Below are positions 1 to 8,790 of a stretch of DNA of 64,000 nt, piece after piece (positions within the stretch are counted from its first letter, which is position 1; each line of letters opens with the position of its first letter). This DNA comes from Candidatus Krumholzibacteriota bacterium (lineage in GTDB: Bacteria; Krumholzibacteriota; Krumholzibacteriia; JAJRXK01): positions 138,029 to 202,028 of the forward strand of contig CAVXTH010000006.1 of NCBI GenBank assembly GCA_963764625.1, read 5' to 3'. Below the pieces are notes generated by a model. That model did no database searches and was not told where the DNA came from. It was given only the letters and a program-made list of their open reading frames with translations. The translations under genes and the position numbers were made by a program.

Positions 1-2
1 TC

Positions 3-155
3 ATCAAGCTCGCGGTTCGGGGCATGCTGCCCAAGAACCGTCTTGGCCGACAAATGATCAAGAAGCTCAAGGTGTATGCCGGCGGCGAGCATCCTCATAC
101 CGCCCAGAAGCCCGAGCAATTGGAGTTGAAGAGTGGCTACAACCGCGACAATTGA
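3..155 (+). CDS. rplM: 50S ribosomal protein L13, 3' end (5' truncated by window edge)
   Basis: Frame-3 translation ...[37 protein letters not shown]... is a typical L13 C-terminus. It lies directly upstream of rpsI in the conserved rplM-rpsI pair. TGA at 153-155. Confidence 0.8.
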   Translation: MKLAVRGMLPKNRLGRQMIKKLKVYAGGEHPHTAQKPEQLELKSGYNRDN

Positions 156-537
156 ACGGCACTACGGGACCGGCCGCCGCAAAGAGGCGGTAGCGCGGGT
201 CTGGATCACTCCCGGATCGGGGAAGATCCAAGTGAACAAGCGCAGCTTCGAGGATTTTTTCCCGGCGGAAACGCATCAGCTCATCATCAAGGGTCCCTTC
301 GAGGCCATCGGCAAACCCGGTGAGTTCGACGTGGTGGCTACGGTGAAGGGTGGAGGTCCCTCGGGACAGGCCGGCGCCCTGCGACACGGAATCGCGCGTG
401 CGCTGACGAAACTCGATGAGGCCTATCGGCCGGCGCTTCGCAAGGCCGGTTTCATCACCCGCGACGCCCGTGAGGTGGAGCGGAAGAAGTACGGTCAGCC
501 TGGCGCCCGCAAGAACTTCCAGTTCAGCAAGCGTTAG
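133..537 (+). CDS. rpsI: 30S ribosomal protein S9
   Basis: 134-aa ORF with ...[13 protein letters not shown]... and C-terminal ...[26 protein letters not shown], the S9 signature tail. GTG start overlaps the rplM stop. Confidence 0.9.
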   Translation: MATTATIERHYGTGRRKEAVARVWITPGSGKIQVNKRSFEDFFPAETHQLIIKGPFEAIGKPGEFDVVATVKGGGPSGQAGALRHGIARALTKLDEAYRPALRKAGFITRDAREVERKKYGQPGARKNFQFSKR

Positions 538-675
538 AAACGGCCAGGCGATCGATTTCACACTCGTCGGGAGTGTTCCCCCCAGGTGCGCTTGGCGTAG
601 GGGAAACGCGAAGATCGGCGGGTAGGTTTCAACCTGAAAGGGCCCGGCGTGGCTGGGCAAAGGAGTCAGGGCGAC

Positions 676-1587
676 ATGTCCCACGACATCACCCTCAAAG
701 ACCTCCTCGAGGCCGGTGTCCACTTCGGTCATCAGACCCGCAAGTGGAACCCGAAGATGAAGGAGTACATCTTCATCTCTCGTGGAGGCATCCACATCAT
801 CGATCTTCAGAAGACCCTACGTAACATCGACAAGGCCTACCAGTTCATCAGGGATACCGCCGCCTCGGGAAAGAAGGTCCTCTTCGTCGCGACCAAGAAG
901 CAGGCGCGCATTCCCATCATGGAAGCCGCCAAGGCCGTCGACATGCCATACGTCACCGAGCGCTGGCTGGGTGGCATGCTCACCAACTTCCAGACCGTGA
1001 GCAAAAGCATCCGCAAGCTCGAGGAAATCGAGCGGGTCCTCGACGGCCCAGAGCGCGAAATGCTCTCCAAGAAGGAGACCCTTCAGCTCGAGCGTGAGAG
1101 AGTGAAGCTGGATCGAAATCTGGGCGGCATCCGCGAGATGGATCGCCTTCCCGGAGCCCTTTTCGTCATCGACACGCAGGAAGAGGAAACCGCGGTACGT
1201 GAGGCGCGCAAGCTCGGCATCCCGGTGGTGGGCATCGTCGATACCAACGCCGATCCAGACGTGATCCACTACCTCATTCCGGGCAACGACGACGCGATCC
1301 GTTCCATCCAGCTCTTCACGCGCTTGGCCAAGAACGCCATCTCCGATGGGGTCGCGGCACGCACCGAAGGTGCGGTCGTTGCCGAGGTCGAGATGGAGGA
1401 TGCGTCGCAGGAGAGTTCGAGCGCTGGCCTCGAACAGAGCGCGGGCAGCGACGATCTCAAAGTGAGCGACGAGAAGTCCGAGGCCAGCAAGAAGGATGCG
1501 GCGGACGGCGGGACCACTTTGCGTGCCGGCAGCGGCGCCGCAGCCGCGCGGGCTGGCAACGGGAACGAGGCACCGGCCGAGGCCTGA
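676..1587 (+). CDS. rpsB: 30S ribosomal protein S2, with ~60-aa acidic/Ala-rich low-complexity C-terminal tail
   Basis: [28 protein letters not shown]... is the canonical S2 N-terminus. AGGAG lies 8 nt upstream of the ATG at 676. Confidence 0.9.
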   Translation: MSHDITLKDLLEAGVHFGHQTRKWNPKMKEYIFISRGGIHIIDLQKTLRNIDKAYQFIRDTAASGKKVLFVATKKQARIPIMEAAKAVDMPYVTERWLGGMLTNFQTVSKSIRKLEEIERVLDGPEREMLSKKETLQLERERVKLDRNLGGIREMDRLPGALFVIDTQEEETAVREARKLGIPVVGIVDTNADPDVIHYLIPGNDDAIRSIQLFTRLAKNAISDGVAARTEGAVVAEVEMEDASQESSSAGLEQSAGSDDLKVSDEKSEASKKDAADGGTTLRAGSGAAAARAGNGNEAPAEA

Positions 1588-1721
1588 GCTGCGCGAGGGC
1601 TTCGCTTGCAACGCGAGTAGCTGAAGTGGTATTGCCCGACCGCCCTAGCGCGAGTCAGCTACTGCACGGATCCAACGACACCTTGAATTCAACGAGGGAT
1701 TTCGCAGAGGAGAACAGGCCG

Positions 1722-2315
1722 ATGAAGATTACCGCCAGCATGGTCAAGGAATTGAGAGAGAAGACCGGAGCCGGCATGATGGACTGCAAGAAGGCCCTCC
1801 AGGAGGTCGAAGGCGACCTGGAGAAGGCCGTCAATTGCCTGCGCAAGAAGGGAATCGCGGCCGCGTCCAAGAAGGCGGGCCGGGAGACGAGCCAAGGTCT
1901 GGTCGAGGCCTACATTCACCCCGGAGGGCAGGTGGGGGTTTTGGTCGAGGTCAACTGTGAAACCGACTTCGTGGCCCGCACCGACGAGTTCAAGACCTTC
2001 GTGCGTGACCTGGCCATGCACATCGCGGCGGCCAATCCCGTGGCGCTTTCCGGTGACGACCTCGACGAAGCGGTACTCGCCAACGAGCGTGAGATCTACC
2101 GCGCCCAGGGCGAAGCCGAAGGCAAGCCCAAGGAGATCGTGGAAAAGATCGTCGAGGGCCGTATCGCCAAGTACAAGAAAGAGGTTTCCCTGCTCGACCA
2201 GCCGTTCGTCAAGAACCCCGACGAGACGGTGGGCGAACTTCTAAAATCGAAGATCGGCAGTCTGGGAGAGAACATGAGCATCCGCCGCTTCTCTCGCTTC
2301 CAGATCGGCTCCTAG
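1722..2315 (+). CDS. tsf: Elongation factor Ts (short ~197-aa form)
   Basis: MKITASMVKELREKTGAGMMDCKKALQE... has the UBA-like EF-Ts N-terminus. It follows rpsB in the conserved rpsB-tsf pair. AGAGGAG RBS. Confidence 0.9.
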   Translation: MKITASMVKELREKTGAGMMDCKKALQEVEGDLEKAVNCLRKKGIAAASKKAGRETSQGLVEAYIHPGGQVGVLVEVNCETDFVARTDEFKTFVRDLAMHIAAANPVALSGDDLDEAVLANEREIYRAQGEAEGKPKEIVEKIVEGRIAKYKKEVSLLDQPFVKNPDETVGELLKSKIGSLGENMSIRRFSRFQIGS

Positions 2316-2319
2316 CTGT

Positions 2320-3048
2320 TTGCCGGGTTGGTGGGATGCGTTGAAATTGCCGAGCTTTTCCCGGATACTCCTCAAGCTGAGCGGTGAAATCCTGCGCGAG
2401 GGCGAGAATGCCTTCGCGCCGGAGTGTATGGAGCCCTTGGCGGACGCCATTGCCCGCGTGCACGCAAATGGCGTGCAGGTGGGAATCGTGGTCGGCGGGG
2501 GAAATCTCCTGCGGGGACGTAGCGTCCCGGCGGAGCTCTCGCGCGCCGACGCGGATCAGGCGGGCATGCTCGCGACGATCCTCAACACGGCGATGCTCCG
2601 GTTTCATCTGGAGGCCAAGCGCGTGCCGTGCCGGGTCTTCTCGCCGCGCGCGGTGGAACCCGTTTCCGAGGCCTTCCATCGTGCACGTGCTCTTTCCGCC
2701 ATGGAGGCAGGCGAGGTGCTGCTCCTGGGGGGAGGGACCGGCAACCCCTTCTTCTCCACCGATTCGGCGGCCGCCCTGCGCGCGATCGAGCTGGAGTGCG
2801 AGATCGTGCTGAAGGGAACGCTGGTGGACGGGGTCTACGACGACGATCCCCATCGCAACCCCCAAGCCAAGCGCTTCGACCAGCTCAGCTTCGACGAGGT
2901 GATCCGGCGCGATCTGAGAGTGATGGACCAGACCGCCATTGCCCTCTGCCGGGATCACGGGATGAAAATCATGGTCTTCGACATCACCGACGCGCAGAAT
3001 CTGGTCTCGGTGGTGGAAGGAAAGCTCAGAGGCACCGTGATCGGCTGA
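2320..3048 (+). CDS. pyrH: UMP kinase
   Basis: ILLKLSGEIL...GGGNLLRG... matches the amino-acid-kinase-fold UMP kinase motifs. tsf-pyrH-frr order. The start codon is uncertain (TTG at 2320 or 2341). Confidence 0.85.
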   Translation: MPGWWDALKLPSFSRILLKLSGEILREGENAFAPECMEPLADAIARVHANGVQVGIVVGGGNLLRGRSVPAELSRADADQAGMLATILNTAMLRFHLEAKRVPCRVFSPRAVEPVSEAFHRARALSAMEAGEVLLLGGGTGNPFFSTDSAAALRAIELECEIVLKGTLVDGVYDDDPHRNPQAKRFDQLSFDEVIRRDLRVMDQTAIALCRDHGMKIMVFDITDAQNLVSVVEGKLRGTVIG

Positions 3049-3089
3049 GCATCGGTCGGGCGGGCCATTCGGCTCCGAGGAGGGCTTCG

Positions 3090-3647
3090 ATGCTGGACGA
3101 GATTTACAACGATCTACAAGAACGCATGGACAAGACCCTGGAGGCGCTGCGGCGCGAGCTGGGTCATCTGCGCACAGGGAAGGCAACCCCCAAACTCCTC
3201 GACGGCGTGGTGGTGGAGGCCTACGGATCGAAGATGCCGCTCAACCAGCTCGCCTCCATCGGCGCGCCCGAGCCGCGACTCTTGACGATCCAACCCTTCG
3301 ACCACTCGCAACTGGGCGCCATCGAGAAGGCTCTGTTGGCGAGCGACCTCGGCATTACTCCCAACAACGACGGCAGCCTCATTCGTCTGCCCATTCCCGC
3401 GCTCAACGAGGAGCGCCGTCGCGAGTACGTCAAGCTGGCCAAGAAGTACAGCGAGGAGGCCAAAGTGGCGCTGCGCAACGTGCGGCGCGACGGCAACGAC
3501 AAGATCAAGAAGGCCGAGGGCGACAGCGATCTCACCAAGGACGAAGCCCACCGCGGCCAAGATCAAGTCCAAAAGCTCACCGACGAGTACGTGGCCAAAG
3601 TCGACGAAATCCTCGCCGCCAAAGAGACGGAGATCATGGAGGTTTGA
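3090..3647 (+). CDS. frr: Ribosome recycling factor
   Basis: 185-aa ORF MLDEIYNDLQERMDKTLEAL...RNVRRDGNDKIKK..., typical RRF. Confidence 0.9.
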   Translation: MLDEIYNDLQERMDKTLEALRRELGHLRTGKATPKLLDGVVVEAYGSKMPLNQLASIGAPEPRLLTIQPFDHSQLGAIEKALLASDLGITPNNDGSLIRLPIPALNEERRREYVKLAKKYSEEAKVALRNVRRDGNDKIKKAEGDSDLTKDEAHRGQDQVQKLTDEYVAKVDEILAAKETEIMEV

Positions 3648-3656
3648 GGGGAGTCA

Positions 3657-4015
3657 ATGGCTGACGAACCGGACCGCGCTCGCGTATCTCGGGCTGAATC
3701 TCCTCTTCGCGACGATCCACGCCGGCCTCGACCTCCAACTCAGTGCTCTATTTCTCGGTTCAGACCTCGTCGACCATCGGCTACGGGCACATCAGTCCAC
3801 ATGGCGACATCGCGAAGCTGGTCGATACCATGGAGTCATTCTTCGGGTTGCTCGGAGTGGCCCTCATGACCGGGATCGTCTTCGCGCGCTTTTCCCGCCC
3901 GGAGCCCACAGGAGTTCCCCTATTGCTTTCCGGTGCGCTAAGCGCCAATCTCCGCTATAGTTGGGACGAAGAGGGGATGGTCGAGAGGGCGGTTCTTCCG
4001 CCGCTCCGGCTGTGA
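3657..4015 (+). pseudogene. Miniature KirBac-like (inward-rectifier type) K+ channel pore module: TM1, pore helix with TIGYG filter, and TM2 ending FARFSRP. It is spread over three reading frames and has no Kir cytoplasmic domain.
   Basis: ATG at 3657 follows a GAGGGGAG RBS (frame 0). Frame +1 over ~3660-3740 encodes ...TALAYLGLNLLFATIHAGLDLQLSA (TM1-like). Frame +2 over 3743-4015 encodes LYFSVQTSSTIGYGHISPHGDIAKLVDTMESFFGLLGVALMTGIVFARFSRP..., which matches the KirBac pore helix, selectivity filter, inner helix and the conserved ARF-RP motif that follows TM2. The ORF stops at 4015; the ~200-aa Kir C-terminal domain is absent. Confidence 0.5.
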
Positions 4016-4083
4016 GCCCCACGCCCGGCGCCATGTCCCGAACCGGAGGAAACCAGGGAGGGCAGGACCCTCCGTCGAACCCG

Positions 4084-4833
4084 ATGGCCACGAGACTGCA
4101 GACGAGCTCCCACACTTCCGAGACCGTCGACCGAAGCAAGCTTCCGCGTCACATCGCCGTGATCATGGACGGCAACGGTCGTTGGGCGCGCAAACGTGCC
4201 ATGCCGCGCATTGCGGGACACCGCGCCGGCCGGCACGCGGTGCGTGAGGTCGTCCGTAGCTGTGCCGAACTGGGGATCGAAGCCCTCACCCTCTACACCT
4301 TCTCGGTGGAAAACTGGAAGCGGCCCAGCTACGAGGTGAAGGCCCTGTGGTCCTTCCTCGAGGAAGTTCTCCGTAGCGAATTCCTCGAGCTCGCCGACAA
4401 CAACATTCGCCTCATCGCCACCGGTGATCTCAGGCCCATTCCCGAACCGGCGCGGCGCGCGCTGGAACGAGCCCAGGTCGATCTGCGCGAGAACACCGGC
4501 ATGATCTTGAACCTGGCGGTGAGCTACGGCTCACGCAGCGAGATCGTCGAAGCGGCGCGCGGCTTCGCGCGCGATGTGGCCGAGGGAAAGTGTCGCCCCG
4601 AGGAGCTCGACGAAAAACTCTTCGGCGAGTACCTCTATGCCCCCGAGCTTCCCGATCCCGATCTCCTCATTCGCACCAGCGGAGAGATGAGGCTGAGCAA
4701 CTTCTTGCTGTGGCAACTCGCGTACGCCGAACTCTACGTCACCGAAACGCTCTGGCCCGATTTCGGCCGCGCCGAACTCATGGCGGCCATCGCGGCGTAC
4801 CAGAGACGGGACCGGCGTTTTGGCGCAGTCTGA
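4084..4833 (+). CDS. uppS: Undecaprenyl diphosphate synthase
   Basis: ...LPRHIAVIMDGNGRWA... and ...RTSGEMRLSNFLLWQLAYAELYV... are cis-prenyltransferase signatures. The start could also be the ATG at 4033. Confidence 0.85.
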   Translation: MATRLQTSSHTSETVDRSKLPRHIAVIMDGNGRWARKRAMPRIAGHRAGRHAVREVVRSCAELGIEALTLYTFSVENWKRPSYEVKALWSFLEEVLRSEFLELADNNIRLIATGDLRPIPEPARRALERAQVDLRENTGMILNLAVSYGSRSEIVEAARGFARDVAEGKCRPEELDEKLFGEYLYAPELPDPDLLIRTSGEMRLSNFLLWQLAYAELYVTETLWPDFGRAELMAAIAAYQRRDRRFGAV

Positions 4834-5686
4834 GGCAGGCGCGAGGCGACCGGCCCAGGGGCGTTCGGATCTGGCGCTCCGCATCTTGGCCGCGGCGCTC
4901 TTTCTTCCCAGCGCATTCTTCATCACCCTGCACGGCGACCTTCAATTTCTCTTTCTGGTCGACGTAGTCGTCTTCACCGGTCTGTGGGAGTTCTACGGAC
5001 TGCTCGAGACCAAGGGCTTTCATCCCGCGCGCAAGATCGGGGTGTTCTGCGGACTCGCTCTGACCTGGTACGCCTACTTTCGCGGCGGGATCTACCTCAA
5101 CTTCTTGCTCTCGGTTGCGCTGCTGGTGTTGATGACGGTTGCACTCGCGCGGCGTAGCGTGGAGCAGGCGGTTCTGCACATCTCCTCGACCATCTTCGGC
5201 GTCCTCTACGTGGGGTGGCTCGGCAGCCACTTCGTTCTTCTGCGCGAGCTCCCCCTACTGGGAGGACTCGACTATCGTCTGGGCGCGCGCTTCGTCTTTC
5301 TCGCCGTCCTTTTGACCTGGTCGTGCGACAGTGGCGCCTATTTCGTGGGAAGGTCGATTGGCAAGCATCCACTTCTCCCACGGGTGAGTCCGAAAAAAAC
5401 CTGGGAAGGCGCCGCGGGTGGGGTGCTCTTCAGCCTGGTGGCGGGCGCGGTCGCGCACTTCACCTTCGCGTCCTATCTTAATCTTTCCACCGCGTTGAGC
5501 CTGGCGGTGGTGGCCGCAGTCGCCGGAGTTACCGGTGATCTGGTCGAGTCGCTCATGAAACGCGATTCTCACGTGAAAGACTCCGCCACCCTAATTCCCG
5601 GGCACGGCGGTACGCTGGATCGTTTCGACAGTCTTCTGTTTTCGGTCCCCTTGATCTACTACTTCCTGAAGTTCTTCGTGATCTGA
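4820..5686 (+). CDS. cdsA: Phosphatidate cytidylyltransferase
   Basis: Multi-TM ORF ending ...KRDSHVKDSATLIPGHGGTLDRFDSLLFSVPLIYYF, the CdsA C-terminal signature. Overlaps the uppS stop. Confidence 0.85.
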   Translation: MAQSEAGARRPAQGRSDLALRILAAALFLPSAFFITLHGDLQFLFLVDVVVFTGLWEFYGLLETKGFHPARKIGVFCGLALTWYAYFRGGIYLNFLLSVALLVLMTVALARRSVEQAVLHISSTIFGVLYVGWLGSHFVLLRELPLLGGLDYRLGARFVFLAVLLTWSCDSGAYFVGRSIGKHPLLPRVSPKKTWEGAAGGVLFSLVAGAVAHFTFASYLNLSTALSLAVVAAVAGVTGDLVESLMKRDSHVKDSATLIPGHGGTLDRFDSLLFSVPLIYYFLKFFVI

Positions 5687-5690
5687 GACC

Positions 5691-6860
5691 ATGGCCACTT
5701 ACCCTCGACCCCTCGTCCTTTTGGGCGCCACTGGCTCCATCGGCCAGAGCACCCTGGACATCCTCGGGCGCTTTTTGGGCCGCTTTCAGGTCGTGGCCGT
5801 CTCGGCCCGCAGCCGCCACGAGGAACTCGCCCAAATCGTTCGGACGCATGAAGTCGAGCACTTCGCGCTGGTGGAGGAGTCGGCGCGCGAGGCATTTTGC
5901 CAGGCGAATCCCGATCTGAAGCCCCGTCTGGCTGGGGGGGGCGGGGAGGGCATCCTGGAGCTTGTGGAGCGTGCCCCCGCCGATGCGCTGGTGGTCAACG
6001 GTCTGGTCGGTGCGGCGGGACTTCAACCCACCGTCGCCGCCCTGCGTCGGGGTCTCGACGTGGCCCTGGCCAACAAGGAAGCCCTCGTGGTGGGAGGAGA
6101 GCTGGTGCTTCAGGCTGCCCGCGAGAGTGGGGCCACTCTGTGGCCGGTGGACAGCGAGCACTCCGCCATCGCTCAGTGCCTCCGCGCGGCCGGACCGGGC
6201 GAGTTGCGCCGGATCTGGCTCACCGCCTCCGGCGGACCCTTCCGCGATACGGCGCCCGAGGATCTGGCGAAGGTGACTCTGGAACAGGTTTTGGACCACC
6301 CCAACTGGGACATGGGCCCCAAGATCACCGTCGACAGCGCCACCATGATGAACAAGGGTTTGGAGGTCATCGAGGCGCTGCACCTCTTCGGGCTTCCCCT
6401 GAGCGAGATCCACATCGTGCTGCACCGGCAGTCAATCGTGCACAGCATGATCGAGTTGCGAGATGGGGCCTTTCTGGCCCAGCTGGGGACGCCGGACATG
6501 CGCCTGCCCATCCTCTACGCACTCACGCAGGGAGAGCACTGGGCCACCGATTTCCCCTCCCTGGACCCCTTGCGCATGGGTAGCCTCGACTTCGAGGAAC
6601 CCGACCCGCGCCGCTACCCCTGCCTCGCCCTGGCCCGGGCCGCGGCCGAGAGCGCAGGCTCCGCCCCACTGGTCCTCAACGCCGCCAACGAGGAGGCGGT
6701 GGCAGGACTCTTGCGGGAGAAGCTATCCTTTGTGGACATCGCTCCTCTCATCGAACGGGCGCTGCAGAGTCTGAGTGGGCCGGCTCCGCGTTCGGTGCCC
6801 GAAGCCCTGGAAAAAGACACCGAAACGCGCCGTCTGGTGCGTTCCTGGATCACATCCTGA
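5691..6860 (+). CDS. dxr: 1-deoxy-D-xylulose 5-phosphate reductoisomerase
   Basis: LVLLGATGSIGQSTLDIL... NADPH-binding N-terminus and a 389-aa Dxr-like body. Conserved uppS-cdsA-dxr-rseP order. Confidence 0.9.
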   Translation: MATYPRPLVLLGATGSIGQSTLDILGRFLGRFQVVAVSARSRHEELAQIVRTHEVEHFALVEESAREAFCQANPDLKPRLAGGGGEGILELVERAPADALVVNGLVGAAGLQPTVAALRRGLDVALANKEALVVGGELVLQAARESGATLWPVDSEHSAIAQCLRAAGPGELRRIWLTASGGPFRDTAPEDLAKVTLEQVLDHPNWDMGPKITVDSATMMNKGLEVIEALHLFGLPLSEIHIVLHRQSIVHSMIELRDGAFLAQLGTPDMRLPILYALTQGEHWATDFPSLDPLRMGSLDFEEPDPRRYPCLALARAAAESAGSAPLVLNAANEEAVAGLLREKLSFVDIAPLIERALQSLSGPAPRSVPEALEKDTETRRLVRSWITS

Positions 6861-6912
6861 AGCCCGCGGCCCATGGAGGTCTGGCTCCAGGGGTAACGCA
6901 TACGGTGGTGGC

Positions 6913-8277
6913 ATGAATCTCGAGCAGATCCTGGCCTTCGTCTTCGTTCTCGGCGTGGTCGTCATCATCCACGAGGGAGGGCACTTCCTCGTGGCCAAGT
7001 CGGTGGGGGTCTACGTGAAGACCTTTTCCGTCGGCTTCGGCCCCAAGCTGCTCCGCAAGCGCTGGGGAGGGACCGAGTACGCGCTCTCCGCCGTACCCTT
7101 CGGCGGCTATGTGAAAATGGCCGGCGAAGGTGCCATGGAAGAGATCCAGGACACCGGCACCGGCGGCGAGGTGGACAGCGAAGGCGAGGTCATCCCCCCC
7201 GAGCAGTATTTTTCGAGCAAGTCGCCCTGGCAACGGCTGGCCATCGTGGTCGCGGGTCCTCTGGCCAACCTGGTGCTGGCGCTGGTGGTGATGGTCGGAC
7301 TGGTCTGGGTAGGGGGCGTGCCGGTGATCCCGGTGACCGAGGTGGGGAAGGTGGTCGAGGGTGGCCCCGCGGCCGAGGCCGGGCTGCAGACGGGCGATCA
7401 AATTCTTCAGGTGGCGGGAACCAGGGTGACCACCTGGGACGGCGTGCTCGATGAAATCGTGGAGGAGACCCAAGCGAAGCATCTTCCTCTGGACATCACC
7501 TACGAACGTCAGGGGGAAACCAAGACCGCGAAGCTCACACCTCTCAAAGATAACACGAGCGGACGCTGGCGCATCGGAATGGACTACCGGCACGACACGC
7601 GCGTGGGCACGGTGAAGAAGGGGGGAGCGGCTTGGCGCGCCGGTCTGCGCAGGGGCGACGTGATCGTAAGCATCAACGGCGAGGAAATGAAGGATTACGG
7701 ACAGATTGCCAAAGTCGTCAACGAGAGCATCGGGGTTCCTCTGGAGATCGCCTGGACGCGAGGCGGAAAGCCCTACCACGCTACCGTCGTTCCCCAAGCA
7801 GCCGAGGTACCGATCGATTTCAAGAATGTCGAGACGGTGGGACGCATCTACTACGAGCCCTACCGGGAGAAGCGTCCGGTGAGCTTCGCCGAAGCGGCCA
7901 CGCTCGGCGCGCAGGCGACCTGGAGGACGGTCGATCAGACCGCCACCTTCCTGGTGGTTCTGGTGCGGGGTGGAGCCTCGCGGGACGCGGTGAGCGGTCC
8001 GGTGCGCATCGCGCAGTTCGCCGGCCAGATGGTGGAGTGGGGTTTCGACTACCTACTGGGATTCCTGGCCCTGTTCAGCGTCAACCTCTTCCTGCTGAAT
8101 CTCTTGCCGATCCCGGTTTTGGATGGAGGGCACGCGGCGTTCATCACCTACGAGTTGATCACACGACGTCGTGCCGATGAGAGAATTCAGACGGTCGCCA
8201 CCCAGGTGGGGTTCGTCCTCCTCCTTCTCCTCATGGCCTATGTCATCACCATGGACGTCATCAAGGTCGCGAGCTGA
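6913..8277 (+). CDS. rseP: RIP site-2 metalloprotease (RseP/MmpA family, M50 with PDZ)
   Basis: MNLEQILAFVFVLGVVVIIHEGGHFLVAK (HExxH in TM1). PDZ-like middle region. C-terminal ...LLPIPVLDGGH... motif. Confidence 0.85.
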   Translation: MNLEQILAFVFVLGVVVIIHEGGHFLVAKSVGVYVKTFSVGFGPKLLRKRWGGTEYALSAVPFGGYVKMAGEGAMEEIQDTGTGGEVDSEGEVIPPEQYFSSKSPWQRLAIVVAGPLANLVLALVVMVGLVWVGGVPVIPVTEVGKVVEGGPAAEAGLQTGDQILQVAGTRVTTWDGVLDEIVEETQAKHLPLDITYERQGETKTAKLTPLKDNTSGRWRIGMDYRHDTRVGTVKKGGAAWRAGLRRGDVIVSINGEEMKDYGQIAKVVNESIGVPLEIAWTRGGKPYHATVVPQAAEVPIDFKNVETVGRIYYEPYREKRPVSFAEAATLGAQATWRTVDQTATFLVVLVRGGASRDAVSGPVRIAQFAGQMVEWGFDYLLGFLALFSVNLFLLNLLPIPVLDGGHAAFITYELITRRRADERIQTVATQVGFVLLLLLMAYVITMDVIKVAS

Positions 8278-8300
8278 CGATCTCCGGCCCCCGAGGAGGG

Positions 8301-8690
8301 TCAGGGTCTCGGCTTGGCGGTTTCGGGAGACCCTTCCCCGGGCTGGCCACTGGTGGGGCTACGCTCTGACCGCAGAGGGGCTCGCAGGCTGTCCTGCAGG
8401 GCTTGGAAGAGGAACTGACCCCGGCTCGGCTCCTCCCAGAGCTTCTGGATCCGTTGGCTGAGACCGGTGGTGTCGGAGTGAGCGAGGAAACTGTCCAATT
8501 GAGCCTGGGCGCTGTCGGGATACTGTTCGGCGAGGATCCTAATCTCAGATAGTTTGAGCAATTGCCCGAGCAGGGGCCGATCCTCGGGGTCCAGCGCTTT
8601 CTGCCGCTTCTCGGAGCACGCCGACAAGCTCAGGACCAGGGCCAAAGCCGCGAGAAGGCGTCGAAGCCGGTAGGAGGGCGTAACTTTCAT
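8301..8690 (-). CDS. Small lipoprotein of unknown function
   Basis: MKVTPSYRLRRLLAALALVLSLSAC lipobox signal. GAGGA RBS before the second ATG. Convergent with rseP. Confidence 0.55.
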   Translation of the reverse strand: MKVTPSYRLRRLLAALALVLSLSACSEKRQKALDPEDRPLLGQLLKLSEIRILAEQYPDSAQAQLDSFLAHSDTTGLSQRIQKLWEEPSRGQFLFQALQDSLRAPLRSERSPTSGQPGEGSPETAKPRP

Positions 8691-8790
8691 GGTTGTCCTC
8701 ATCTGCGGTTGGAACCTATAACAGCGGAAGGACTTTGGCTACTAACTGGTCGAATCGCAAGCATCAGGTCGTCGGGAGCAAGGGAAGGTC

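Noticed and set aside
817-1611. 264-aa minus-strand ORF antisense to rpsB, and similar long antisense ORFs (2209-3186, 8833-10011, 11849-12967, 14735-15844, 17905-19203, 25401-26480, 26648-27796, 49028-50281)
   Set aside because: Each lies entirely inside a well-supported conserved gene on the opposite strand. Their translations are Arg/Gly/Ala/Pro-rich with no family resemblance. Long stop-free antisense frames are expected at ~65% GC.
3961-4083. N-terminal extension of the uppS ORF (MGRRGDGREGG...)
   Set aside because: It is low-complexity Gly/Arg-rich and overlaps the tail of the K-channel fragment. The conserved UppS body begins ~20 residues after the ATG at 4084.
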